DNA from: Thermoplasmatota archaeon | Lineage (GTDB): Archaea > Thermoplasmatota > Thermoplasmata > UBA10834 | Assembly (NCBI GenBank): GCA_040751795.1 | Contig: JBFMHR010000001.1 | Span: forward strand, 128,001 to 192,000 | Length of the DNA stretch: 64,000 nucleotides | Direction of reading: 5' to 3' | In this document: positions 37,319-46,166 of the stretch, in pieces | How the letters are laid out: each line of letters opens with the position of its first letter | How positions within the stretch are numbered: position 1 is the first letter of the stretch | The notes under the pieces: model-generated | What the model was told of the DNA's origin: nothing | Databases searched by the model: none | The model's input: only the letters and a program-made list of their open reading frames with translations | Made by a program: the position numbers and the translations under genes

Positions 37319-40300
37319 TTGGGTCTCCTCGACTCGCTCCTCAGCAAAGAGAAGAAGGTCCTAGCGAAGGCCAGCAAGAACCTTGACAGGGCGGACGCCC
37401 TCGAGAGGAGCGGCTCCAAGCAGCAGGCGGTCGCACTGCTGGACGAGACCAGGGCGATACTCGACGAGGGGATCAAGTACGTCGAGAAGATGCGTGGCGA
37501 CTTCTCATCCGCCTTCGCCAGGCTGGCCTCTGGGTACCTGAGGGTCGATAAGGCCCAGGCCGCCCTTGACGCCGCCCACGTGTCGCTCCAGCAGTTCAAC
37601 CCGAACAACGCGGACGCGATGTCCGCCGCGGGCAGGGCGTCCCTGCGCCTCGGGAAGAACGAGGACGCCATAAACTGGCTCAACAAGGCCGTCACCGCCG
37701 CCCCCAAGTCCTCCGAGCACTGGTCCACCCTCGGGGACGCGCACGAGACCCTGGGGGACATAGAGCCGGCCCTCCAGGCCTATCGGAAGGTCATAGAGAT
37801 CAAGCCGGACAGCCTACGTCACTACGACAAGATACTCGCGCACACGCCCAAGGACGTCCCCATGCTCAAGAAGAAGGCCCAGACGCTGTCCGGGCTGCGC
37901 AGGTACGACGACGCGGCCAGGACCTACGGCGCGGCCCTGAACATCGACCCCGAGGACAAGGAGCTGTGGATCGGGCAGGCGGCCTCCCTCAACTTCGCTG
38001 GGAAGGGGGAGGAGGCCATCGCTTCCCTGGAGAGGGCGCTCAAGCTGTCGCCGGACGACGCGTTCGTCTACGACAACCTCGGCAGGATCCAGCACAAGGT
38101 CGGCCGGCGAGAGGACGCGCTCAAGAGCTTCTCCAAGGCCGCGAGGCTGGACAACGGGAACAAGATCGTGTGGAACGAGCTTGGCGTGGTGCAGGAGGAG
38201 ATGGGGATGCTGGACGAGGCGGTCCAGTCGTTCGACAACGCCCTCGCGCTCGACCCGAAGGACGTCAACGTCCTCAATAACAGGAAGAAGACGCTGCTGA
38301 AGTCCTCGAAGATGGCCGAGGTCATCGAGACCTGCGACCGGATCATACTCCTCAACCCCAAGGACCCGGAGGCGCTCCTGGACAAGGCCCGCGCCCTGTG
38401 GGCCCTCGGGCGCAACGACGAGTGCATGACCTTCATCGAGGCCGCCCTCGCCCTCGCCCCCAAGTCCAAGGACGCGATGAACCTCAAGAAGGACTGCCTC
38501 ATCAGGCTCGGCAGGCACTCCGACGTGGTCGCGTGGTGCAACAAGATCCTCGCCGTAGACCCGGCCGACCTGGACGCCATGCACGACAAGGGCAGGGCGC
38601 AGGTCGCCATCGGCAAGGTCCAGGACGCGGTCAGGACCTACGAGAAGGCCCTGAAGGCGAAGCCGAACCGGCTGGACCTCCTCGACGGGCTGAAGGACGC
38701 GTACAAGCTCCTCGGGAAGGAGGAGGACGTCGTCCGGACCTGCGACCGGATCATCTCCGTCGACAAGGACAACAGGCTCGCGCATCTGGACAAGGCGATG
38801 TCCCTCGACCGGCGGGACAGGTACGACGAGGCGCTGGCCACGTACATGGTCGCGCTCAAGCACGACCCCAAGAACCCCGGGATCTACGTCAGCGCGGCCG
38901 CGATGCTCATGAGGGCGGGGAAGCACAGGGAGGCGCTGGACTACGCGAAGCAGGGGCTGGCCGTGGACCCCGAGAGCGTCCCGCTGTGGAGGCTCAGGGG
39001 AGAGTCCGCCTATTCCGCCAAGGGCTTCGACGCCGCCGCCGACGCATTCAGGAAGTGCACCGAGCTCGACCCGACGGACAAGGCGTCCTTCAAGAGGATG
39101 GGCCAGTCCTTCGTCGAGCTGATGCGCTACGAGCAGGCGCTCGACGCCTACGAGCACGCCCTGAAGCTCGACCCGAGGGACGCGAGCGTCTGGTTCCTCA
39201 AGGCCCTCTCGCTGGAGTGGCTGGAGAGGCTGGAGGACGCCCTCGCAGCCGTCAAGGAGGCGACCCACTGGGACAAGGACGTCCCCGAGTACCAGATGAA
39301 GGAGGGGCTGCTCCTCAACAGGCTGGGCAGGTCGGAGGAGGCGCTCGACGCCTTCAACGCGGCCCTCAGGGGCTCGCCCAGGAACGTCATGATCCTCAAG
39401 TCGAAGAACGATGTGCTGAAGGCCCTCAAGAGGTACGAGGAGGTCGTCGCGACGAGCGACGCGATCCTCGCGGTGGAGAAGAAGGACCGCGACACCCTCG
39501 TCGACAGAGGGAGCGCCTCCCTCTTCCTCAAGAAGCCCAACGACGCCCTCGCCAGCTTCAACAAGGCGCTCGAGCTGAACGCCGACGACCTGGACGTCCT
39601 GGAGCTCAAGAAGAACGCCCTCAAGGAGCTGGACGACCAGGAGGGCGTCGTCTCCGTCTGCGACCACATACTCCAGCTGAGCCCGAAGAACAAGTACGCC
39701 CTCTCCGACTGCGGCGCGGCGCTCGAGAAGCTGGGGCGGGGAGAGGACTCCCTCGACTACTACGAGCGCGCTCTCGCGCTCGACCCTAAGGACGTGTTCC
39801 TCTGGAACCGGAAGGGGCAGGTCCAGCTGAGCCTAGGCAACCCCGCGCAGGCGGCCGAGGCGTTCGACCACGGGATCAAGCTCGACCCCAACCAGCCATT
39901 CGTTCTCAACAACCGCGGCAGGGCGTACCTCGACCTGCGCCGGTTCGACGAGGCCCTCGCCGACTTCAAGAAGGCGCTGGCGATCCTCCCGACCGTCGCG
40001 GAGTTCCACACCAACCAGGGGAGGGCGCTCGCCAGCATGGGCAAGTTCGAGGAGAGCCTCGAGGCGTTCAACGAGGGGCGCAGGATCGCCCCCAAGGACC
40101 ACTCGTCGCTCAAGTACATGGGGATGGCGCTCCTCAAGCTCAACAGGGTCCCCGACGCCATGGGATGCTTCGACGAGGCGATCAGGCTCGGGTCCAACGA
40201 CAGGGACGTCTGGACCGGCAGGGCGAAGGCCGCCGAGGCCCTGGGGAACAAGGAGGAGGCGGTCAGGTCCTATGTCACGGCCCTGGAGATCGACGGCTCC

Positions 40301-41797
40301 GACAAGGCCGCGTGGTACAGGCTCGGGCTCCTCTACCTCGAGCTCGGCAGGTACGAGGAGGCCGACGGCTGCTTCGACAAGTCCATCGACATCGACGGGA
40401 CGAACCCCGCGATATGGATGAGCAAGGGGCTGGCCCTCGAGAAGCAGGAGCTGCCCGAGGACGCCATAGGCGCCTACGACCGTGCGATAGCGCTCAACTC
40501 GAACGACAAGGAGGCCTGGAAGAGGAAGGGGCAGGTCCTCATGTCCCTGAACAGGCCGGAGCAGGCCATGCGCGCGTTCGAGCACTCCCTCAGCATCGAC
40601 CCGTACTACGAGGAGGCCAGCGAGGGCCGGAAGAAGGCCGAGGAGGAGATCCGGCGCACCAAGATCGAGGACTACTGCCGCGCCATACTCGAGTTCGAGT
40701 ACACCCACGGGAGGCCCGTGACCAAGGAGGAGGCCTTCAGGGTCTGCGGCGTCCCCTACGCCTTCCTCGGCGAGGTGCTGGAGTACCTCAGCGGCAAGCA
40801 GGAGGTCAGCCTGTCCGGGATGAGCAAGGAGGACTTCGACAAGTACGAGAGGATCTCCAGGGAGGTCCTCGTGAACACCATGGACAAGCGCGACCTGGGC
40901 GACCACGGCCTCAGGCTCTGCGACATCGTGGTCAACTTCCCGGACCTCAAGGTCGCGAGCGCCAAGAGGATCATGGGGTACATCCAGGCGGTCGAGGAGC
41001 ACGAGTTCAGCACCCACGTCACGGACCCGCAGGTCGACGCCCACCTCAGGAAGGCGATGGACCTGCCCAACGACCAGAAGAACGTCCTCGGGATCATAAG
41101 GAACCTCGGGGTGGGGGTGTACCAGTCCAGGCAGCTCGTCGTCGTACTCCAGACCTTCAAGGACGCGGGCTTCGAGACCCCGTCCATCAGGCTCAAGTCG
41201 ATAGTCAGCGATGGCTACGGGGAGTACGTGGCCTTCGACGAGCGCACGCAGCAGAGGCCCGCCCACAGGTACGCCGAGCCGGGGCCGGAGCCCGCCCCGA
41301 GGCAGCGGCAGGCCACCCCGGCCCTGCGGGAGTACGAGGAGATGTACCAGAGGCCCCAGAGGGGCAGGCGCAGGGAGCCCGAGGAGGAGGCGGAGGAGGA
41401 GCCGCCGCAGCCGCCGAAGAGGTCCAGGCCCAAGGCCCAGGCGCAGAAGAGGGAGAAGGCGCCGGAGGACGTACCGTCGGACCTCATGGGCAGGAGGTGC
41501 CTGTTCCACGGGGGCGTGGCGGTCGCCAGGTGCGCCAAGTGCAAGGCCGTCCTGTGCAGGGAGTGCGTCAGGAGCTCGGACAGGTGCCCCAGGTGCAACG
41601 CGCTGCTGAGCGGCGAGGACGACGTCCCCGAGAAGCCGCAGAGGAGGCCGAAGAGGCGCGAGGAGCCCGAGGAGGAAGAGGAGGCCCCGGAGGAGGGCGC
41701 CGCGGAGGAGGAAGAGGAGCAGGAGGAGCCCGAGGAGCCCAAGAAGCGCCCCCGTAGGAAGGACGAGCCCAAGGGGCCAGACTTCAACAGGCTCTGA
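37319..41797 (+). CDS. Giant TPR protein (1492 aa) with C-terminal unknown domain, B-box-like Zn finger and acidic tail
   Basis: Many 34-aa TPR units (WxxKGxxLxxLGRxEEAxxxFxxALxLDP) over ~1100 aa; terminal Cys cluster; E-rich tail. Confidence 0.92.
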   Translation: MGLLDSLLSKEKKVLAKASKNLDRADALERSGSKQQAVALLDETRAILDEGIKYVEKMRGDFSSAFARLASGYLRVDKAQAALDAAHVSLQQFNPNNADAMSAAGRASLRLGKNEDAINWLNKAVTAAPKSSEHWSTLGDAHETLGDIEPALQAYRKVIEIKPDSLRHYDKILAHTPKDVPMLKKKAQTLSGLRRYDDAARTYGAALNIDPEDKELWIGQAASLNFAGKGEEAIASLERALKLSPDDAFVYDNLGRIQHKVGRREDALKSFSKAARLDNGNKIVWNELGVVQEEMGMLDEAVQSFDNALALDPKDVNVLNNRKKTLLKSSKMAEVIETCDRIILLNPKDPEALLDKARALWALGRNDECMTFIEAALALAPKSKDAMNLKKDCLIRLGRHSDVVAWCNKILAVDPADLDAMHDKGRAQVAIGKVQDAVRTYEKALKAKPNRLDLLDGLKDAYKLLGKEEDVVRTCDRIISVDKDNRLAHLDKAMSLDRRDRYDEALATYMVALKHDPKNPGIYVSAAAMLMRAGKHREALDYAKQGLAVDPESVPLWRLRGESAYSAKGFDAAADAFRKCTELDPTDKASFKRMGQSFVELMRYEQALDAYEHALKLDPRDASVWFLKALSLEWLERLEDALAAVKEATHWDKDVPEYQMKEGLLLNRLGRSEEALDAFNAALRGSPRNVMILKSKNDVLKALKRYEEVVATSDAILAVEKKDRDTLVDRGSASLFLKKPNDALASFNKALELNADDLDVLELKKNALKELDDQEGVVSVCDHILQLSPKNKYALSDCGAALEKLGRGEDSLDYYERALALDPKDVFLWNRKGQVQLSLGNPAQAAEAFDHGIKLDPNQPFVLNNRGRAYLDLRRFDEALADFKKALAILPTVAEFHTNQGRALASMGKFEESLEAFNEGRRIAPKDHSSLKYMGMALLKLNRVPDAMGCFDEAIRLGSNDRDVWTGRAKAAEALGNKEEAVRSYVTALEIDGSDKAAWYRLGLLYLELGRYEEADGCFDKSIDIDGTNPAIWMSKGLALEKQELPEDAIGAYDRAIALNSNDKEAWKRKGQVLMSLNRPEQAMRAFEHSLSIDPYYEEASEGRKKAEEEIRRTKIEDYCRAILEFEYTHGRPVTKEEAFRVCGVPYAFLGEVLEYLSGKQEVSLSGMSKEDFDKYERISREVLVNTMDKRDLGDHGLRLCDIVVNFPDLKVASAKRIMGYIQAVEEHEFSTHVTDPQVDAHLRKAMDLPNDQKNVLGIIRNLGVGVYQSRQLVVVLQTFKDAGFETPSIRLKSIVSDGYGEYVAFDERTQQRPAHRYAEPGPEPAPRQRQATPALREYEEMYQRPQRGRRREPEEEAEEEPPQPPKRSRPKAQAQKREKAPEDVPSDLMGRRCLFHGGVAVARCAKCKAVLCRECVRSSDRCPRCNALLSGEDDVPEKPQRRPKRREEPEEEEEAPEEGAAEEEEEQEEPEEPKKRPRRKDEPKGPDFNRL

Positions 41798-41820
41798 CGC
41801 GCGCATAGGAGGGAGACAGG

Positions 41821-42633
41821 ATGGGCAGGATATCCAGAGGGTGGAAGCTGACCAAGCTGAGCCTGAGGGTCATAAGGAAGGACAAGGAGATACTCCTCCT
41901 CCCGGTGCTCTCGGGCCTCACGATGGCTGTCGTGCTCGCGTCGTTCGTCGCGGGCATCTTCCTGACCGGCGGCCTCGGCGCCGGGTCTGGGCTCACGGGG
42001 CTCGTCCTCATGGCGGCGTTCTACTTCGTCGCCTACTTCATCGCGATATTCTTCAACGCGGCCGTCATCGGCTGCGCCACGATACGGCTCGGGGGAGGGG
42101 ACCCGACGGTCGCCGACGGCCTCAGGATAGCGGCCGACAACGCGCTCAGGATACTGGCCTGGGCCCTGGTGGCCGCCACGGTCGGCCTGGTCATCAGGGC
42201 TGTGCAGGAGAGGGTCGGGCTCATAGGGAAGATCGTCATGGGCGCCCTCGGGGTGGCGTGGAGCCTCGTCACCTACTTCGTGGTCCCGGTCCTCATCTAC
42301 GAGAGGCTCGGGGTGTGGGAGTCGGTCAAGAGGAGCGCCTCCGTGTTCAAGGGGACCTGGGGCGAGACGCTGGTCGGCAACCTCGGCCTCGGCATCATAT
42401 TCGTCCTCCTGGGGCTGGCCGGCGTCGTGCCGATAGCCCTCGGGTTCCTCGCCGGCGGGGCCACGGGCCTCTTCGTCGGGATCGGGGTCGCCGTGGTGTA
42501 CTGGCTGGTGCTCGTCGTCGTCCAGGCCGCGGCCGAGGGCGTTCTCGTGGCCGCGCTGTACAGGTACGCCACGACAGGGCAGGTCGCCGAGGGCCTCGAG
42601 GGGGTCCGGTTCGCCAGCCCCTGGACCCGCTGA
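41821..42633 (+). CDS. Conserved membrane protein (DUF6159-like)
   Basis: About six TM helices; KRSASVFKGTWGE, ALYRYATTG. Confidence 0.8.
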   Translation: MGRISRGWKLTKLSLRVIRKDKEILLLPVLSGLTMAVVLASFVAGIFLTGGLGAGSGLTGLVLMAAFYFVAYFIAIFFNAAVIGCATIRLGGGDPTVADGLRIAADNALRILAWALVAATVGLVIRAVQERVGLIGKIVMGALGVAWSLVTYFVVPVLIYERLGVWESVKRSASVFKGTWGETLVGNLGLGIIFVLLGLAGVVPIALGFLAGGATGLFVGIGVAVVYWLVLVVVQAAAEGVLVAALYRYATTGQVAEGLEGVRFASPWTR

Positions 42634-43110
42634 TCACCCGTGGAGCTTCTTCGTGAGGGCCGCGACGCGCCGCCCGTACCTGACGCAGACCTCCTCGGCG
42701 CGCCGGTCGGGCTTCTCTATGGAGACCGGGCCGTAGTGGTCCCCCTTCGAGTCGCCGCACACGACCATCCCGTGGATCAGGAGCGCCTCCAGTATCGCGA
42801 CCACCGTCGTCTCGTTGCCGCCGCCGACGTTGGCGCTCGACGAGAACGCGCCCCCGACCTTGTCCTGGAGCTTGCCGTGGTGCTTGACGCTCCTGTCCAG
42901 CAACTCCTTCACCTGGGCCGCGGGCAGGCCGTAGTACGTCGGGGAGCCGATCACGATCCCGTCGTACTTGAGGAGGTCGTCCACCTTCACATCCTTGACC
43001 TCCTTCGTGTCGACCTCCACGTCCTCCTCCATGACGCCCTTCTGGACCAGGTACGCCATCTTCTTGGTGTTGCCGCTCCTCGAGTAGTAGCAGATCAGCA
43101 TCCGGGCCAT
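42634..43110 (-). CDS. Flavodoxin-like WrbA-family NAD(P)H oxidoreductase
   Basis: YYSRSGNTKKMA, GSPTYYG, KVGGAFSSS, GGNETT. Confidence 0.9.
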   Translation of the reverse strand: MARMLICYYSRSGNTKKMAYLVQKGVMEEDVEVDTKEVKDVKVDDLLKYDGIVIGSPTYYGLPAAQVKELLDRSVKHHGKLQDKVGGAFSSSANVGGGNETTVVAILEALLIHGMVVCGDSKGDHYGPVSIEKPDRRAEEVCVRYGRRVAALTKKLHG

Positions 43111-43223
43111 TCCATCAGCCTCGGTACCTCCAGCGGCTCCGTGGGATTAATGGGTTGCGCAGGCGGGCTGCAAAAGGTTCATGTCGGTGTAATGTTTCCC
43201 CCAGCAGGAGGGAGCCAGGCGAG

Positions 43224-43709
43224 ATGAGGGTCTGCAAGCGGTGCCGGAAGGAGACGGGCCAGATGTTCTGTCCGACCTGCAAGGTCCTCACGTTCCCGGC
43301 CAGCGCGCCCGAGGCGGCCCCGTCCACCTCCACGGGCGACTCGTTCGAGTGCACCGTGTGGCAGGGGCCCAACAGGAGCAGGGGCATAGAGATATCCCAG
43401 CACGACAGGGACAAGTACTTCTCCAAGAGGAACGAGGAGGTCGTGCTCCACATCGACGGCAGGAGGAGCGTGGCCAAGCTCGGCGTCGGCTTCTGGAAGA
43501 AGCCGGCGGTGATCAAGAAGGCCCTCCTCGACAACGGCAGGGACGAGCTCATCAAGTTCTTCGAGAAGCACCACCTGCTCCCGCCGGAGCAGTCCCTGAA
43601 GGAGAAGGGGATCGTGGACACCATCGTCTTCGAGGTAGTGACCCCGAGGGAGGAGTTCAAGATCTCCGTCGTGGAGCGCCAGGAGTCCGAGGAGCACGAG
43701 CGGGACTAG
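43224..43709 (+). CDS. Hypothetical protein with N-terminal Zn ribbon
   Basis: CKRC-x8-CPTC, linker, globular domain; ATG 43224 after GGAGG. Confidence 0.78.
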   Translation: MRVCKRCRKETGQMFCPTCKVLTFPASAPEAAPSTSTGDSFECTVWQGPNRSRGIEISQHDRDKYFSKRNEEVVLHIDGRRSVAKLGVGFWKKPAVIKKALLDNGRDELIKFFEKHHLLPPEQSLKEKGIVDTIVFEVVTPREEFKISVVERQESEEHERD

Positions 43710-44905
43710 AGGAGCCCCAGCTCCTTCCCTACCTTCCCGAACGCCGACAGCGCGGCGTCGAGGTCCTCCCGGGCCAGGGCAGCGTTCATGATCGTCCTTA
43801 TCCTGGCCCCGTCCTTGGCGACCATCGGGAACACTATCGGCAGCGCGAACACGCCCAGCTCGAAGAGCCTCGCGCTGAAGCGCTTGGCCGCCCCGCTGTC
43901 GCCTATCATGACCGGCACTATGGGGGTCACGCTCGCCCCCGTGTCGAAGCCCATTGAGCGGACCTCCTTCCTGAAGTAGTCCGTGTTGGCCCACAGGTTC
44001 CTCACGTGCTGCGGCTCCGTCTCCAGGACGTCTATCGCGGCCGTGCACGCCGCCGCCACCGCAGGGGGGTGCGAGCCGCTCAGGAGCCATGTCCTGGACT
44101 TGTTGTAGGCGAAGTCGACGAGGTCCCTGCTCCCTGAGACGTGCCCCCCGACGACGCCGAAGGCCTTCGAGAAGGTCCCCATCTCGACGTGGACCCGGTC
44201 CCTGGACAGGTGGTGGTGCTCGACTATCCCCCTCCCGCCCTCGCCCAGGACCCCCTCGCCGTGGGCGTCGTCGACGTAGACCATCGCGCCGTGGTCGTGG
44301 GCGGCGGCCGCGACCCTGTCCATCGGGGCCATGTCGCCGTCCATGCTGAAGACGCCGTCGGTGATGACCAGGACGCGCCTGTAGGAGGGCCGGTGCTCCT
44401 CCGCCTTGGCCAGGACGGCCCTCAGGTCGTCCATGTCGCAGTGCCTGTAGACCGCCCTGTCGGCCCTGGACAGCCTGACGCCGTCGATGATGCTGCCGTG
44501 GTTGAGCTCGTCGCTCACTATGACGTCGCCCTGGTCCGCGAGCTGCGGTATCAGCCCCGCGTTGGCGGCGAAGCCGGTCTGGTACACCAGGGACGCCTCG
44601 GCGCCCTTGAACCTGGCGAGGCGCGCCTCGAGCTCGGAGTGGAGGTCCATGTTGCCGGCGATCGGCCTGACGGAGCCGGAGCCCGCGCCGTGGGTCCGTA
44701 CCGCCTCGATCGCCGCGGCCTTGACCTTCGGGTGGTTGCTCAGGCTGAGGTAGTTGTTGGAGCAGAGCATGACCACCTGGCGGCCGTCGACGACGCACCT
44801 GGGCGTGCTCGGCCCCTGCAGGAGCCTGAGCTTCCAGTCCAGGTCGCTCTCGACGAGCTTCCGGTACTCCTCCCTCAGGAAAGAAACGGGGTCCCTTCCG
44901 GCCAT
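43706..44905 (-). CDS. kbl: Glycine C-acetyltransferase (2-amino-3-ketobutyrate CoA ligase)
   Basis: CSNNYL, SDELNHGSIIDG, DGVFSMDGD, DDAHG, GTFSKAFG; next to tdh. Confidence 0.92.
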   Translation of the reverse strand: MAGRDPVSFLREEYRKLVESDLDWKLRLLQGPSTPRCVVDGRQVVMLCSNNYLSLSNHPKVKAAAIEAVRTHGAGSGSVRPIAGNMDLHSELEARLARFKGAEASLVYQTGFAANAGLIPQLADQGDVIVSDELNHGSIIDGVRLSRADRAVYRHCDMDDLRAVLAKAEEHRPSYRRVLVITDGVFSMDGDMAPMDRVAAAAHDHGAMVYVDDAHGEGVLGEGGRGIVEHHHLSRDRVHVEMGTFSKAFGVVGGHVSGSRDLVDFAYNKSRTWLLSGSHPPAVAAACTAAIDVLETEPQHVRNLWANTDYFRKEVRSMGFDTGASVTPIVPVMIGDSGAAKRFSARLFELGVFALPIVFPMVAKDGARIRTIMNAALAREDLDAALSAFGKVGKELGLL

Positions 44906-44909
44906 TCCC

Positions 44910-45977
44910 TCACCATTCTGGCACCAGGGCGACCTTCGCGGCCTTCTTCGCCCTTATCAGCTCCATGCCCTCCCCGATGTCCCTTATCGGGAGGGTATGG
45001 GTGACCATTGATGAAAGCTTGTCCCTGAAGCCGTCGCGCGCGAGGAGCGCGTGCATCTGGTCCCAGGTGTGGAACATCCTGCGGCCCGTTATGCCGTACA
45101 CGGTGGCCGACTTGAACGTGATCGCGTTGTTGACGTCGATGGTGACGGGGTCGTTGTAGAGGCCGAGTATGGACACGCGGCCGCCCGGGGTGAGCATCTG
45201 GAAGACCTGTTTGAGGGCCGCCGCCGCGCCCGACATCTCGAGGCACACGTCGGCGCCGTTCCCGTCCGTCTCGTCCATGACGGCCTTCACGAGCCTCTCG
45301 GTGCCCATCGCCGCGTCGAGGACGATGTCCGCGCCCATCTTCGGGGCCAGGGCGAACCTGACCTCCTCGGTGCCCAGCTCGGTGGCTATGACCTTCTTGG
45401 CGCCCAGGACCTTCAGAATCGCAATCGCCATGAGGCCTATCGGCCCGCACCCCGCGACGACGACGTTCTTCCCCTTGATGTCGTCCTCGCACTCGCGGCC
45501 GAACACCGTGAAGGTCGCGTTGCCGAGCGGCTCCAGCAGGGAGCCGAGCTTGACGTCCAGCCCCGGTGGCAGCTTCCTGGCGTTCATCTCGGGGAGCTTC
45601 ACGTACTCGGCGAACACGCCGTCGGTGTCGACCCCCAGGATCTTCATGTTCTTGCAGATGTGCATGCGGCCGTTCCTGCACTGGTAGCAGGTCCCGTCCA
45701 CTATGTGCGTCTCCGCGGAGACGAGGTCCCCGACCCTGACGGACTTGACGCCCCTGCCGAGCTCGACGACCTCCCCGCACATCTCGTGGCCGAAGACGAT
45801 CGGGAGGGCCCTGAGGCGCTTCTGGGCCCAGTGGTTCCAGTCCCATATGTGGACGTCGGTGCCGCAGATCGAGGACATCCTCGTCTTGACCAGGACTTCG
45901 CCCGCGCCGACCGTCGGCCTCGGGACCGTCTCGACCGCCGCCCCTGGCTCCCGGCGCCTCTTGACGACCGCTTGCAT
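44910..45977 (-). CDS. tdh: L-threonine 3-dehydrogenase
   Basis: SICGTDVHIW, GHE, VSAETHI, EPLGNA, GCGPIG, EMSG, GITGRRMF. Confidence 0.92.
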   Translation of the reverse strand: MQAVVKRRREPGAAVETVPRPTVGAGEVLVKTRMSSICGTDVHIWDWNHWAQKRLRALPIVFGHEMCGEVVELGRGVKSVRVGDLVSAETHIVDGTCYQCRNGRMHICKNMKILGVDTDGVFAEYVKLPEMNARKLPPGLDVKLGSLLEPLGNATFTVFGRECEDDIKGKNVVVAGCGPIGLMAIAILKVLGAKKVIATELGTEEVRFALAPKMGADIVLDAAMGTERLVKAVMDETDGNGADVCLEMSGAAAALKQVFQMLTPGGRVSILGLYNDPVTIDVNNAITFKSATVYGITGRRMFHTWDQMHALLARDGFRDKLSSMVTHTLPIRDIGEGMELIRAKKAAKVALVPEW

Positions 45978-46166
45978 CCGCAGGTCACTGCTCCTTTTTG
46001 GGCACTGTCAGAATCTCGCCCCTCTTAAGCGCTGTGCAACTACAATGATTCTCTGGGAGGCCCCTCCGGCTGGAAGTGGCTGGCGACGTCGCGGCGGCCC
46101 TTCGTCTCAGCTCCCCCGATACCGGATGATTCAGCATAATATAGGGGGGAGCATCATTCCGAGACC

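Noticed and set aside
41221-41797. GAG-rich repeats at the end of the TPR gene as a DNA repeat element
   Set aside because: Explained by the Glu-rich low-complexity protein tail
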